Part shown: one piece after another, positions 9,438 to 19,634 of the stretch
How positions within the stretch are numbered: the stretch's first letter is position 1
How the letters are laid out: every line of letters begins with the position of its first letter
IMG/VR virus record: IMGVR_UViG_3300044998_001357
Location: 84,784 to 148,783 of that record
Direction: 5' to 3' (one strand)
DNA from: a virus
Length of the DNA: 64,000 nt
Notes under the pieces: model-generated
Told to the model about the DNA's origin: nothing
Seen by the model: only the letters and a program-made list of their open reading frames with translations
Database searches by the model: none
Translations under genes and position numbers: made by a program

Positions 9438-10327
9438 AACGGATTCTAGTGACCGGTGCGACCGGGTTTTTAGGTCGGCACCTGATGCAGCTGTTGCGAC
9501 GGGAACATTGTCTGTTGGTAGGGATGTCTCGCCACCGCAACGCCACGGGCCGGAGCGATATCGAATCTCTGGATATCACCAGCCCGATGGATGTACGTAA
9601 CCTGCTTTATTCCTTCCTGCCGGATGTTATTTTTCATCTGGCGGGCAACCCTCTGGTCAAGGAAAGTGGTCCGGAGGTGATGCGAGTCAACACTCTGGGG
9701 ACCAACCATCTGCTGGAGTACGCCCCCAAAGGCTGCCGGTTTGTCCTGGCCTCCAGCGCCACGGTTTATGGCGCACACGCTAGCGGTCTTCTGGCCCACG
9801 AGGGCTTTCCCTGCGCGGCGACCTCCACCTATGCCGCCAGCAAAATCGCAGCGGAGAGCCTAGTGGACGCCTATACCTTCACCGGTCGGGTTCGGGGTAT
9901 CTCGCTGCGCTACGTCGCCAATGTCGGTCCTGGGGCCACCCACGGATTGTTACGCGATATCGTTCGCAAGCTTCGTGAGGATAGCAAAAGCCTGGAACTC
10001 CTGGGGGATGCACCCGGCTCGACAAAGCCGTTTATTCACGTTGCCGATACTGCGAGGGCCACGCGGTATTTTGGGCTTGATTGTGATTATATTGGTCATG
10101 TGAACATTTCTAATTCCGATTCGCTGAGCGTTCTGGAAGTCGCAACCATGGCGATAGATGCTCTTGGTATCCACAAGCCCATCGTCTGGAGTGGACAGGA
10201 TTCTCTTTGGCCGGGCGATATAAAGACCGTTCGTATTTCTCCCCGTAAGATGCAGGGGTTGGGTTTTGAGTTGACTTATAACACCTCGGTCAAGGCCGTG
10301 AAAAAAGCGCTGGAAGAAATGGAGTAG
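9434..10327 (+). CDS. NAD-dependent epimerase/dehydratase (extended SDR)
   Basis: ILVTGATGFLG, ASSATVYG, YAASK; RBS GGAGG. Confidence 0.92.
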   Translation: MKRILVTGATGFLGRHLMQLLRREHCLLVGMSRHRNATGRSDIESLDITSPMDVRNLLYSFLPDVIFHLAGNPLVKESGPEVMRVNTLGTNHLLEYAPKGCRFVLASSATVYGAHASGLLAHEGFPCAATSTYAASKIAAESLVDAYTFTGRVRGISLRYVANVGPGATHGLLRDIVRKLREDSKSLELLGDAPGSTKPFIHVADTARATRYFGLDCDYIGHVNISNSDSLSVLEVATMAIDALGIHKPIVWSGQDSLWPGDIKTVRISPRKMQGLGFELTYNTSVKAVKKALEEME

Positions 10328-10329
10328 GG

Positions 10330-11283
10330 ATGATGGCACAAAAAACCATTGTGGTGACGGGCTGTGCGGGTTACATCGGCAGCGTGCTGACCGAGTTGTT
10401 GCTACGCGAACGCTACCGCGTTATTGGGATAGATAATTTTTTCCATAGAGCCCAGCAGATTCAAAGCGTACTGCCTTTTCTCAATCATGCGGCCTACCGC
10501 TTTGTTTGTGGGGATGTTCGCGACAAGAACGACCTGCTGCGTTTTCTCATTGGTGCCGATGCGGTGGTGCCGCTGGCGGCGCTGGTGGGAGCGCCTTTGT
10601 GCGAAGAGCATCCCTTGACCACACACGAGGTGAATTTTGACGCCATCAGGGACATGATGAATCTGCTGGGGTCCGGCGTTCGTGTGATTTACCCCAACAC
10701 GAATTCCGGCTATGGCAAGATGGGTGAGCGTCCCTGTCTGGAAACAGACGAGATGCGGCCCCTATCGCTCTACGCACAAAGCAAGTGCGATGCCGAAAAG
10801 GTGGTTCTGGACCATCCCAATGCGGTGGTCTTCCGGCTCGCGACCGTCTTTGGCATCAGCGCGCGCATGCGTTTTGACCTTCTGGTTAATGACCTGGTTT
10901 CCCAGCTGGTCCTGAAGCGCAAGGTCCGTCTCTACCAGCCGCACTTCCGGCGAAACTACGTGGGTATTCGCGATGTCGCGCGAGCCATTCTCTGGGCGAT
11001 TGAAGGGGAGCAAAAAGGGGTGTTCAACCTGGGACACCCTGAGGTCAATCTCACCAAACTTGAACTAGCCCGGCGGATTTGCGACCTACTGCAGCTAAAC
11101 CCCGCCAAGACCATCGAATTGGTCGAGGGCGAGGACCACGACAAACGCGACTATTTTGTTTCCAATGAGAAAATTCTCCAGGCGGGCTTCCGGTTCGAAC
11201 ACACCCTAGAACAGGGAATTATCGAGGTGGCCGAACTGGTCCGGCTCGCCCCCGAGCTTGTCCGGCAGTGCCGTAATCACTAA
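10330..11283 (+). CDS. NAD-dependent epimerase/dehydratase (extended SDR)
   Basis: VVTGCAGYIGS, LAALVG, YAQSK, FRLATVFG, RMRFDLLVN. Confidence 0.92.
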   Translation: MMAQKTIVVTGCAGYIGSVLTELLLRERYRVIGIDNFFHRAQQIQSVLPFLNHAAYRFVCGDVRDKNDLLRFLIGADAVVPLAALVGAPLCEEHPLTTHEVNFDAIRDMMNLLGSGVRVIYPNTNSGYGKMGERPCLETDEMRPLSLYAQSKCDAEKVVLDHPNAVVFRLATVFGISARMRFDLLVNDLVSQLVLKRKVRLYQPHFRRNYVGIRDVARAILWAIEGEQKGVFNLGHPEVNLTKLELARRICDLLQLNPAKTIELVEGEDHDKRDYFVSNEKILQAGFRFEHTLEQGIIEVAELVRLAPELVRQCRNH

Positions 11284-11350
11284 AGGGCAGACCGATGGAC
11301 GACCCGGCTGGTGTCAATGATTATTGTTCGTAAGAAGGGGAGTGTATCCT

Positions 11351-12346
11351 ATGATTATTACCCGTACACCTTTTCGTGTGTCGCTTCTGGGCGGCGGAAC
11401 AGACTATCCCGTCTGGGTGCGCAAACATGGCGGAGTTGTTCTTGGTGGAGCAATCAATAAGTATTCGTATATTACGGCTCGCCACCTACCGCCATTTCAT
11501 GACTATCGCCACCGTGTGGTTTACCGTGAAACGGAAACCGTTGGCGCATTAAGCGATTTACGCAACAGGACCATCAAGGAATCGATTGAGATTCTGGGTT
11601 GGCCCGATAGCAAGGGGCTGGAAATTTCCCATTTGGGCGACTTGCCGGGTCGTTCGGGCACAGGCAGCAGTTCGACCTTTGTGGTTGGTCTTCTGCATGC
11701 GATATCGGCGTTGCAGGGCAAATTCCTTTCTCAGGACGAACTGGCCTCCCTGGCGATTCGCGTGGAGCAGGAGCGACTGAAGGAAACGGTGGGGTATCAG
11801 GACCAGACCTTCGCTGCTCATGGTGGCTTGAATCTGATTCGGTTTTTGCCCGATGGAACGGTTCACGTCAATCCTCTGGGACTGGAACCAGAGCATGTGC
11901 GCGAGCTTGAATCGCACCTATTGCTCTTTTTTACCCGGATGACACGGACCTCCAGTCATGTCGCCAAAAGCTACGCGGGTAGCCTTCTTGATTTTTCCAA
12001 GGAGCAATTTACCCTCATGAAACTGGCCGAGGATGGGGTCCGGAGTATTCTGGCTCGCGACTGGGAACAGCTGGGTCGAGCTATCGACCAGTCCTGGCGT
12101 ATCAAGTCGTCGTTAAGCAGCCAGGTCAGTGGTATGCCCATCGACCACGCCTACGCCGCTGCCCAACTGGCGGGTGCCTGGGGTGGAAAGCTGACCGGTG
12201 CTGGGGGCGGTGGCTGCATGCTACTGGTCGCACCCCCGGAAAAACAGCAGGCCATTCGTTCGCTCTTGTCGGGATGGGTCCATATTCCCTTTTCGTTTGA
12301 GCAGGCCGGTTCGCGAGTTGTTTTTGCGGAGAAATCCAATGTCTAA
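11351..12346 (+). CDS. hddA: GHMP sugar kinase, D-glycero-alpha-D-manno-heptose-7-phosphate kinase-like
   Basis: RTPFRVSLLGGGTD, PGRSGTGSSS, GYQDQ, GGKLTGAGGGG. Confidence 0.85.
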   Translation: MIITRTPFRVSLLGGGTDYPVWVRKHGGVVLGGAINKYSYITARHLPPFHDYRHRVVYRETETVGALSDLRNRTIKESIEILGWPDSKGLEISHLGDLPGRSGTGSSSTFVVGLLHAISALQGKFLSQDELASLAIRVEQERLKETVGYQDQTFAAHGGLNLIRFLPDGTVHVNPLGLEPEHVRELESHLLLFFTRMTRTSSHVAKSYAGSLLDFSKEQFTLMKLAEDGVRSILARDWEQLGRAIDQSWRIKSSLSSQVSGMPIDHAYAAAQLAGAWGGKLTGAGGGGCMLLVAPPEKQQAIRSLLSGWVHIPFSFEQAGSRVVFAEKSNV

Positions 12347-13355
12347 ACAAACGGTTCTGGTCACGGGCGGTAGCGGCTTTCTGGGCCGCCATGTGGTTCA
12401 AAAACTGCGAGAAAACCCCGACCTTCGGGTGGCCGCAATTGGCCAGACCTCACGGATTGAAAAGGGTATCTCGGTGATTGGTTGCGACCTGACCAATCCT
12501 GGTGAGGTCGACCGGCTCTTTCGGGTTCTTTCTCCTGGGTACGTCTACCATCTGGCGGGGTACAACGGTGGCATCGAGTTTAACCGTCTGAATCCGGCAC
12601 GTATTTTCCATGACAACACCTTGATGGCATTGAACATCCTGGAGGCATGCAAAAACCACAAGGTAACCAAGCTTCTAAGCGTGGTTGCTAGCTGTGCTTA
12701 TCCATCATTAACGTTAAACATTGATGGAGAATTGGTCGAAAGAGAATTCTTGTTTCAAAACAACTTTTTGGATGGTGAGCCTCACCCCAGCGTGGCCTGC
12801 CATGCCTACGCTAAGCGCAATCTGTACCTCGCCTCGCGGTTTTACCGTGAGCAACACAACCTTAACGCTATTTGCGTCTGCCCGACCACCCTGTATGGTC
12901 CCGGGGATAGCTTTGACCCCCAGCGGACCAAGGTGATGGCGGCGCTAGTCAAACGCTTTGTGGATGCGGCGGACGAGGGGCTGCCCTCGGTGACCTGCTG
13001 GGGGACAGGAAACGCCTGGCGTGAGTTTCTTTATGTCGCCGACGCGGCGGATTGTCTGGTGTATGCCATGGACCATTACAATCACCCTGAGCTCTTGAAT
13101 CTGGGAACCGGTCAGGAACTTCTCCTTAAATCGCTTGTCCGTCTCGTTGCCCGGATTGCCGGCTTTAGCGGCGAGATTTACTGGGACCACGAAAAGCCCA
13201 CCGGGCAGATACGTAAGTGCCTGGTGTCGAACGTATTCGCCAACCGGGCATTCCTGCCGCTTGAGCAAGGAATCGAAAAAACTGTCGCCTATTATCGAAA
13301 CTACAAGCTCGGACATGAACGAGCCGCCAACGAATCTCTTGATGGGAGCTTGTGA
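12339..13355 (+). CDS. fcl: GDP-L-fucose synthase-like epimerase/reductase
   Basis: VTGGSGFLG, GGIEFN, SCAYP, YAKR, LYGPGDSF, WGTGNAWREFLYV, NLGTG. Confidence 0.85.
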   Translation: MSKQTVLVTGGSGFLGRHVVQKLRENPDLRVAAIGQTSRIEKGISVIGCDLTNPGEVDRLFRVLSPGYVYHLAGYNGGIEFNRLNPARIFHDNTLMALNILEACKNHKVTKLLSVVASCAYPSLTLNIDGELVEREFLFQNNFLDGEPHPSVACHAYAKRNLYLASRFYREQHNLNAICVCPTTLYGPGDSFDPQRTKVMAALVKRFVDAADEGLPSVTCWGTGNAWREFLYVADAADCLVYAMDHYNHPELLNLGTGQELLLKSLVRLVARIAGFSGEIYWDHEKPTGQIRKCLVSNVFANRAFLPLEQGIEKTVAYYRNYKLGHERAANESLDGSL

Positions 13356-13813
13356 TGAAATTGGGTGTGGCTGTCGACAATCTTGGGGCGAGTCAATTAA
13401 ACTACCTTTTTATCAATCAGGTAAACAAATACCTTGAAAACAATATTCATGATGTAATTGCATTTTATGAAGATGCCTGTAGACCGTGTATGTTGATGCG
13501 ATTTGCCGCGATTCCCCTGGTGGAGGCATGGAGCTTTAACGGCACCATCATTTCCACCTCACTTTCTACCACCCAGAAGCTCCTGCGTCTACCGGGTGTA
13601 CGCCGCCGGTTATTCATGGTGTGGGATTTGGAGTGGCTTCGTGAGCCGCGACCTTTTGAATACCTGAACTCCATTTACCGAGCTTTGGGTATTGAGCTTC
13701 TCTGCCGAACCCCGGAACACCAGAAGATTCTCTCGGATATCTTCCAAAAGCCGGTGAGCGTGGTCGGAGATTTCGACCTAAACCTGATTTTGGCGGTGAT
13801 TAGCAATGAGTGA
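13352..13813 (+). CDS. Hypothetical protein (possible partial GT-B-like domain)
   Basis: 153-aa coupled ORF ending the glycan cluster; FMVWDLEW. Confidence 0.6.
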   Translation: MMKLGVAVDNLGASQLNYLFINQVNKYLENNIHDVIAFYEDACRPCMLMRFAAIPLVEAWSFNGTIISTSLSTTQKLLRLPGVRRRLFMVWDLEWLREPRPFEYLNSIYRALGIELLCRTPEHQKILSDIFQKPVSVVGDFDLNLILAVISNE

Positions 13814-14579
13814 TTTTTTGTTTAATGTTGATGGATATTATTACCTACAGGAGTTTTATGTCAACAGGCAGTATTCAACATACGAAATAGCTAAAGAAAA
13901 TAATACGTATGCAAATAAGGTTCGCCGCGCCTTAATTTACCATCGTATTCCGTTGCGAAACTACAAGGAATCTCAAAAAGCCGCCCAGGAAGCGGGTAGA
14001 TACCACCACCCCACCCAGGGGCGGGAGCGAACTACGGAAGAAAAACGTCGCATTAGTCAGGGTCAGATACGCGCATGGATGAATCTCTCCGAAGAGCAAC
14101 GCGAACGTCGCCGGGAATTTGCCCGACAGCAATGGCTTTCGATGTCTCAGGAGCAACGAACGCGGTTTCGAGAGGAGGCCAAGAAGGCAATTAGCCTGGC
14201 TAGCATGGAAGGCTCGCGGCTGGAGCGGCAACTGGTCGAGTTTCTACGCGCTCATAAGCAATCCGTTCAGCACCGCTGTCTGGTCGCGGGCAAACCGGTT
14301 GAAATCCTGTTGGCCCACAGTAAAGTGGTTATCGAAGTGGACGGACCGGCCTACCACTACCCCATCTGGGGTGAGGACTTGATGATAAAAAACCAGGAGC
14401 GGGTTCGAGGTCAAAACGAGCTTCTGGTAGCCTTGGGATTTTTGGTGATTCGGTTGCAACAATTTGGTCGCTATCGAGAGAGTCAGAAAAAGCGAGCATT
14501 TGAGCATATTATGAATATTCTTTCTTCTCGCGGCAATCATCAGGGTGTTATTCTGCTTGATATTGGAGTAAGTTTATGA
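13806..14579 (+). CDS. DUF559/Vsr-like endonuclease with N-terminal HTH and NUMOD3-like segment
   Basis: STYEIAKE HTH; RTTEEKRRIS; SRLERQL...VVIEVDGPAYH...LGFLVIRL. Confidence 0.75.
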   Translation: MSDFLFNVDGYYYLQEFYVNRQYSTYEIAKENNTYANKVRRALIYHRIPLRNYKESQKAAQEAGRYHHPTQGRERTTEEKRRISQGQIRAWMNLSEEQRERRREFARQQWLSMSQEQRTRFREEAKKAISLASMEGSRLERQLVEFLRAHKQSVQHRCLVAGKPVEILLAHSKVVIEVDGPAYHYPIWGEDLMIKNQERVRGQNELLVALGFLVIRLQQFGRYRESQKKRAFEHIMNILSSRGNHQGVILLDIGVSL

Positions 14580-15352
14580 CAAAGCGAATAATGGAAGAGT
14601 TGTCCAATCTCGAGGATGCTATCTTGGGGGTGGATGATTTATCACTGGATAAGTCTATTGATGAGCCCACCATGACTTCGCCCGAGTGGTCAGAGTTTGT
14701 AATGCGTCAGTTTACGGAGAACGAGCTTGACGCGGAAGGCAGGCCGCTGGTTCATGGACTGAGGCGCGTGGTTCGGCTTCTTCTGGGGCCTATCCTGGAA
14801 TCCCGGGCGCGGGTGGTTCAGGCTCCGTCGCTAATACCGAGTATTGAGAAGGTCGGTATACTCCAACCGGCGGTGGTTGAACACACGGTCCGCATCTTGA
14901 TGACCCGACTGGAGCAGGGGTTGTCCGAGGCCTACCCGGTCGAATTTTGTGAGGCGGCGGACTGCTACTTTGGCAACGTCGGCGATATTGAGTTCGCACG
15001 CTATCAAACTGCCATGGCCTCAACCCGGGCCGAAAGCCGCGCCCTTCGCAAGGCGCTGCAAATCAACACCATCGCCTCGGAAGAAAAATCGGTCCTGCCT
15101 TCCTGCGAGGCCGGCCTTACGGGAATGATTTCGCCTGAACAGGTGAACTTCCTCACCGTCTTGTGCTCCCGGCTTGATATCAATGTTATGAAATATATCA
15201 ACTCTGGGAAAACCAAGTATGACGCCGTGGAAAAGATTCCCTATGGCGTTGCTGCCTTGATGGTCGAGCATCTGTCTAAATATCAGAACAACCCCTCTAC
15301 TATCCCCAGTGAATTTAAGGGGTATGTAAAGGGGTGGAGGAACAATAATTAA
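14576..15352 (+). CDS. Putative single-strand annealing protein (Rad52/Sak-like)
   Basis: AMASTRAESRALRKAL helix motif after beta strands; C-terminal ISPEQVNFL segment. Confidence 0.55.
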   Translation: MTKRIMEELSNLEDAILGVDDLSLDKSIDEPTMTSPEWSEFVMRQFTENELDAEGRPLVHGLRRVVRLLLGPILESRARVVQAPSLIPSIEKVGILQPAVVEHTVRILMTRLEQGLSEAYPVEFCEAADCYFGNVGDIEFARYQTAMASTRAESRALRKALQINTIASEEKSVLPSCEAGLTGMISPEQVNFLTVLCSRLDINVMKYINSGKTKYDAVEKIPYGVAALMVEHLSKYQNNPSTIPSEFKGYVKGWRNNN

Positions 15353-15371
15353 CTCTATCTAAAGGTTTGGT

Positions 15372-15812
15372 ATGAAAGCACAAGTAAAGGTTGGTCCCGG
15401 TCTCATTATCGAAGTCGAGGCTGGTAAACAAAAAGATTTGTACAAGCTGATTGCTTCGGCCCACGAGGTATTTGGCGAAAAGTGTTGCGGTTTGTGTGGC
15501 AGCGAGAACATCGTGCCGGTCTGGCGTACAGTGAGCGTTGCGCGTGGCAAGAAGATGGAAACCTTTGAGTTCCCTGAGTGGCACTGTAATGGCGTCCTCG
15601 AAAACAAGGAGCGTTGTGGAGCCCGACTGTCGCTGGGAACCATCAACGACGATTCGGGCACTCTCTTTCCTCAGCGGCGACTGGTCTTCGAACCCAAGGA
15701 TGTGAAACGCACCCACGGTCGACCGGCGACCAAGGAAGAAAAAGAGAAGGGAATCAACGGCGAGTACGGCCGTCATCGAGGATGGACCCGCTTCAAGGGC
15801 AAGGACGAATAA
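15372..15812 (+). CDS. Zn-ribbon-containing hypothetical protein
   Basis: CGLC...HC...RCGARL; follows the annealing protein. Confidence 0.6.
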   Translation: MKAQVKVGPGLIIEVEAGKQKDLYKLIASAHEVFGEKCCGLCGSENIVPVWRTVSVARGKKMETFEFPEWHCNGVLENKERCGARLSLGTINDDSGTLFPQRRLVFEPKDVKRTHGRPATKEEKEKGINGEYGRHRGWTRFKGKDE

Positions 15813-15821
15813 GCCTGGGTG

Positions 15822-15857
15822 CAACAAAGACCGCAGTACTAAAACTTAGTACTGCGG
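15822..15857 (-). terminator. Intrinsic terminator between convergent operons
   Basis: Perfect 12-bp stem CCGCAGTACTAA-aac-TTAGTACTGCGG (15831-15857), followed by TCTTTGTTG on the minus strand. Confidence 0.75.
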
Positions 15858-15866
15858 CAAGCTAGC

Positions 15867-16499
15867 TTACTGATACTCGATTTCGACCCATAGCCCGTAC
15901 TGCTGTTTGCTGCCGATGCTGTCGGGACTCGCGCTAATTGCGCAATACCAGTCGTGTTGGGTATCCGGACGGGTCGAGTTATTTCCGTTGCCCGCAAACA
16001 AGCCCGACACCCCCGGACTGGGAGCCAGAGGAACCACCACGCCCGAACCCCCGGGAGTCCACCAGGTGCTGTCACCCGAACCATTGGCCACCTGATTGAT
16101 GTCGGGGTGGATAATCTGGGCCACCCGGGTGGTTACTCCAGAAGGGGAACGATTCTCATTGACGCGGTCGTAGGCCCGGAGCCGCGCGGTGGGAACGCGA
16201 ATGGGAGTGTTGGAGACGACCCGAAGATTCAGCGTTGCCTGGTGGTTGGGGATTGCCCGCAGCGCTACTCCGGAACCGGTCTGACCCAAAATACCCGAAC
16301 CGATGTTCAGAAATTTGACGTTGTTCACCTCGGGGCCATGAGTTGTCCCATTGCTGTTGGTGATAAAGGTTCGTCCCTGATACTCACCCACCCGAACCGA
16401 GGCACCAAACCCCGCGTCACCGTAAAAGCCCAGACCCGAACCCGCGAGGTCGGCAATCTGAAACCCCTGTCCTGCCAAAAACTGGATTGCTACCGGCAT
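15867..16499 (-). CDS. Putative virion structural (tail-associated) protein
   Basis: Gly/Ser/Asn-rich beta-type 210-aa ORF with RBS GGAG, downstream of a large tail gene. Confidence 0.6.
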   Translation of the reverse strand: MPVAIQFLAGQGFQIADLAGSGLGFYGDAGFGASVRVGEYQGRTFITNSNGTTHGPEVNNVKFLNIGSGILGQTGSGVALRAIPNHQATLNLRVVSNTPIRVPTARLRAYDRVNENRSPSGVTTRVAQIIHPDINQVANGSGDSTWWTPGGSGVVVPLAPSPGVSGLFAGNGNNSTRPDTQHDWYCAISASPDSIGSKQQYGLWVEIEYQ

Positions 16500-16542
16500 G
16501 ATTTTTCTCCGCTCGTTAAGGACTCATACCCCATGCTCATAC

Positions 16543-19500
16543 TTAACCCGGACAATCTGCGGCAACGATATACCATTTGTTGTCCGTGGGAATGTAACTG
16601 ACGATGACCTTGGTGGGAGCATTGACCGCCGTCCCAAACCAGTTCCAGACCGTTAGGCTTGTGTAGTTGGTATTGTCGCCATCATAGGCTCCCCCGGCCC
16701 GAACCACCATGAGGCCACTTCCCTGCGGAGGAACGTCGTGGTATATCCGGCCCTTGAGAGTACCATGACAGGTCCAGACCCCCCGCATGTCGTCCCACAA
16801 TGGGTCCAGAGGGCCGGCCTTCCATTTGTCTTGTCGGTAGGTATGGTCGTGGTCAAAGGTCGTGCCGTCGCCACTTCCTGGGATGCATTTACCATCCAGA
16901 CCAAAGCCCCAACCCACCAGTACCACCGGTGCTCGCAGCCCAAAGACGCGTGCAGAGGTAGGGGTGGCCCCACGCCGAAACGCATGAAGACCCCGGTAAC
17001 TCTCCCCCCAGGTGTAGACCTCGATATCGTTGGCCTGCTTCCAGGGGTTTAGCTGGGCCACCCCGGGAATAACCCCATTAATCAGCTGGTTCTGTAATCT
17101 GGGCATTGAGCCCTGATAGCCACCGGCTGAAAACGGTCGAAACAGACCGTCAAGCGACATAATTGCCGTGTTCTTGAAAAGTTCCGTATTGGTGGCGTTG
17201 CAGAGCGAGACGCACTCTTCAAAGGTCGCGGTGAAAGTGTTCTGGCGATAGGCCTGGGTGTCGGAGTCCCAGAATCCGTGAGACAGCAAGCAGTCGTGAG
17301 GGGTCTCGCGTTTTCGTGCCTTGGCCTGTCGCTCCATCCAGACCCGTGCCCCTCGGGCGGCGTTACCCAGAGCGATATTTTGCCGGACCTGCTCTTTAAG
17401 CGCCAGCCGCATCGCCCGACGTAGTTCCATGTTGGCCAGGGAATTCTGACGCATCCGCTCAATAAAGGCCTTGGATAGCACCCCGAAGCGAGGGGTGAAG
17501 GTCTGGAATCGATACGAGGTGGTCACCCCCTGGGTGCCACACTGCACATCAATGGAGGTGATATTGGGTCCACCGGCCTCGAGAAGGTTGCCCAGCGAGG
17601 TAGTGGGCGGACCGACCAACTCCATCGTACCGGTCTCGCTGACCTGCATGTTGGTGATGGCCTGCAGCACCCGGGCCTGGCCGGCCAGATTCATCAGGGC
17701 ATGTCCACCGTAATTCCACGGGGTTAATGAGGGGTCTTGTTCCATTCGTACCTTGCCCGGGGCACCGGAGGCAAACCAGGGACCATAAAATGATGTGTTG
17801 GACTTAAGCGGAATACAGGCGACGGTCGGATGTCGAACCGCCGCCGATACCTTGATGGGAATCGGGGCTTGCTGCAAGCGTTTTTGTGCTTGCTGGGGGT
17901 TCATCTGCAACACAGCGGCGACAATATCGAGATTGCCCACGTTGTCCGGCGATTGCTCGACAACCGGTCCGCTCAGCGAGACCACAACACACGGTTCCGG
18001 GGCGGATACCATCCGTGGGTCAACTTGGACCTCCAGATAAAGCGTATTGTTTTCCAGCACCGCTCCCTGGGGGGAAATCCGGGAGAAGTCAACGCCGGCA
18101 AGATTGGAGTAGGCAACAAAAGCGCGAAACCGACCATCGGGATTGCGAAGCATGTCCTCATTGAGCGGAGAGAGACCCAGAGGTGCGGCGGTTTCATCAA
18201 AATATCCCGCATCGGCAACTTCGTAAGAGGTAGTTACACGACGAGTTTCTGAATCTGTCTGAACAAGGATAAAGGGCAATCCAACCAGATACTTCCGCCC
18301 CATGAACTCATCAGCATACCCGCGTACAAATTCATACATACGCATGCATTTTGCGTGAATATCTCCCTGGACGGCATTGTTAACTGCCAGTAAAACCTCC
18401 TTCCACTCGTCGTTGACAAAGTTGGCTCGTACAGGAGCCTGGTTTGCTCCACCCATGTTCAAAAACGGACTTGAGACCCCAATGATGTCGGCCATAATGG
18501 GCCGGTGTCTGCGCAGGTAAAGTGCCCAGGATTCGTAGTTCACCTGAGCCATACGCATTTCCAGAGTGGTGCAGAGATAACGGACGTTGCCCAAAATGTC
18601 TGCAACCGGCGAGGCGTTCAGATTGACAATTTCGGTATTGATTTGCTGAAGAGGTTTTCCCGCTGCGTCGTTAAACATCTCGACATAGGGCGTGCTGAGA
18701 ATCGGATTGCCGGCCGGGTCATAACCCCAAAAGTTGCGAATAGCAATGCTAGACCACATGGTATGCACTTCGCCACCTACCAGAAACGCACTGGTAAGTT
18801 CATTGCGCATTTCCAAGCCAACGGTCGAGCGAATCAGCGAACTACCCCAGTTGGAATTGGCAAGGGCGCTCAGGGTTCCCAGAGGAGGCTGCCGGAATCG
18901 GCTCACGGCCCTGATTTTGATGGTAAAGCCCACAAGCTCGACAAAAAAGTCACAGCCGCAATCCTTACAAACCTGGTCAATAATCTCCAGCAAGCTCGAT
19001 GAAACGCCACCTCCCACCCGGTAGTACTCGGGAGGAATTGGCATGTCATCTAAATCAAGTCCATATGTTTGGTTGGCAAATACCAGCGGGCCTCCATAGG
19101 CCACCGGCCGGGGAGCGTTGACCATGGCGCGGATGGCAACAGCCACCTGTCGCCAGGTCATGCCGCTATCATTAGCCCCGGAGACTCCATAGCCTACACT
19201 TTCCCAGTAACCATAGGGATTGAGCAGATTGGGTACATTTCCGACCGAGCCGGAATACCCACCGGTGATTACCTGGGTGCCCTCAAGAATTTCTCGTGGG
19301 TCACTGAGCACCACGCTGTAAACCGGGTTTCCCTCAGTACCCCGACCCGTCTCGGCCTTCTGGAGTAGCCCCCGGAAGGTGAAGCCGTAAAACTGAAAAG
19401 AAAGGGGGGTGCCGACCTTGGGCAGCTGAACGAACAACCCCTGAACCGGGTCGTCCACCAGCTGGAGATTAAGTTGGCTGGGTGAGCCAAGCCCCAGCCC

Positions 19501-19557
19501 AAGAGAACTCGAAAACGAGCGCACCAAACCACCAAGGAATGTACCTGGAATAATCAT
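16543..19557 (-). CDS. Large tail-tip/baseplate-hub-like protein
   Basis: 1004 aa; N-terminal hub-like pattern SLLEIIDQVCKDCGCDFFVEL...IKIRAVSR; tail context. Confidence 0.6.
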   Translation of the reverse strand: MIIPGTFLGGLVRSFSSSLGLGLGSPSQLNLQLVDDPVQGLFVQLPKVGTPLSFQFYGFTFRGLLQKAETGRGTEGNPVYSVVLSDPREILEGTQVITGGYSGSVGNVPNLLNPYGYWESVGYGVSGANDSGMTWRQVAVAIRAMVNAPRPVAYGGPLVFANQTYGLDLDDMPIPPEYYRVGGGVSSSLLEIIDQVCKDCGCDFFVELVGFTIKIRAVSRFRQPPLGTLSALANSNWGSSLIRSTVGLEMRNELTSAFLVGGEVHTMWSSIAIRNFWGYDPAGNPILSTPYVEMFNDAAGKPLQQINTEIVNLNASPVADILGNVRYLCTTLEMRMAQVNYESWALYLRRHRPIMADIIGVSSPFLNMGGANQAPVRANFVNDEWKEVLLAVNNAVQGDIHAKCMRMYEFVRGYADEFMGRKYLVGLPFILVQTDSETRRVTTSYEVADAGYFDETAAPLGLSPLNEDMLRNPDGRFRAFVAYSNLAGVDFSRISPQGAVLENNTLYLEVQVDPRMVSAPEPCVVVSLSGPVVEQSPDNVGNLDIVAAVLQMNPQQAQKRLQQAPIPIKVSAAVRHPTVACIPLKSNTSFYGPWFASGAPGKVRMEQDPSLTPWNYGGHALMNLAGQARVLQAITNMQVSETGTMELVGPPTTSLGNLLEAGGPNITSIDVQCGTQGVTTSYRFQTFTPRFGVLSKAFIERMRQNSLANMELRRAMRLALKEQVRQNIALGNAARGARVWMERQAKARKRETPHDCLLSHGFWDSDTQAYRQNTFTATFEECVSLCNATNTELFKNTAIMSLDGLFRPFSAGGYQGSMPRLQNQLINGVIPGVAQLNPWKQANDIEVYTWGESYRGLHAFRRGATPTSARVFGLRAPVVLVGWGFGLDGKCIPGSGDGTTFDHDHTYRQDKWKAGPLDPLWDDMRGVWTCHGTLKGRIYHDVPPQGSGLMVVRAGGAYDGDNTNYTSLTVWNWFGTAVNAPTKVIVSYIPTDNKWYIVAADCPG

Positions 19558-19628
19558 ATGCTACTTCCATTCAATTGCTTGAATGATTCTCGTTTCGACG
19601 CCCCAGCGTTAAAGTCTCGATTGTGGGA

Positions 19629-19634
19629 TACACC
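19629..19634 (-). promoter_or_regulatory. Candidate late promoter GGTGTA
   Basis: GGTGTATCCC ~70 nt upstream of the 19557 start; the same 10-mer lies upstream of the portal gene. Confidence 0.5.
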
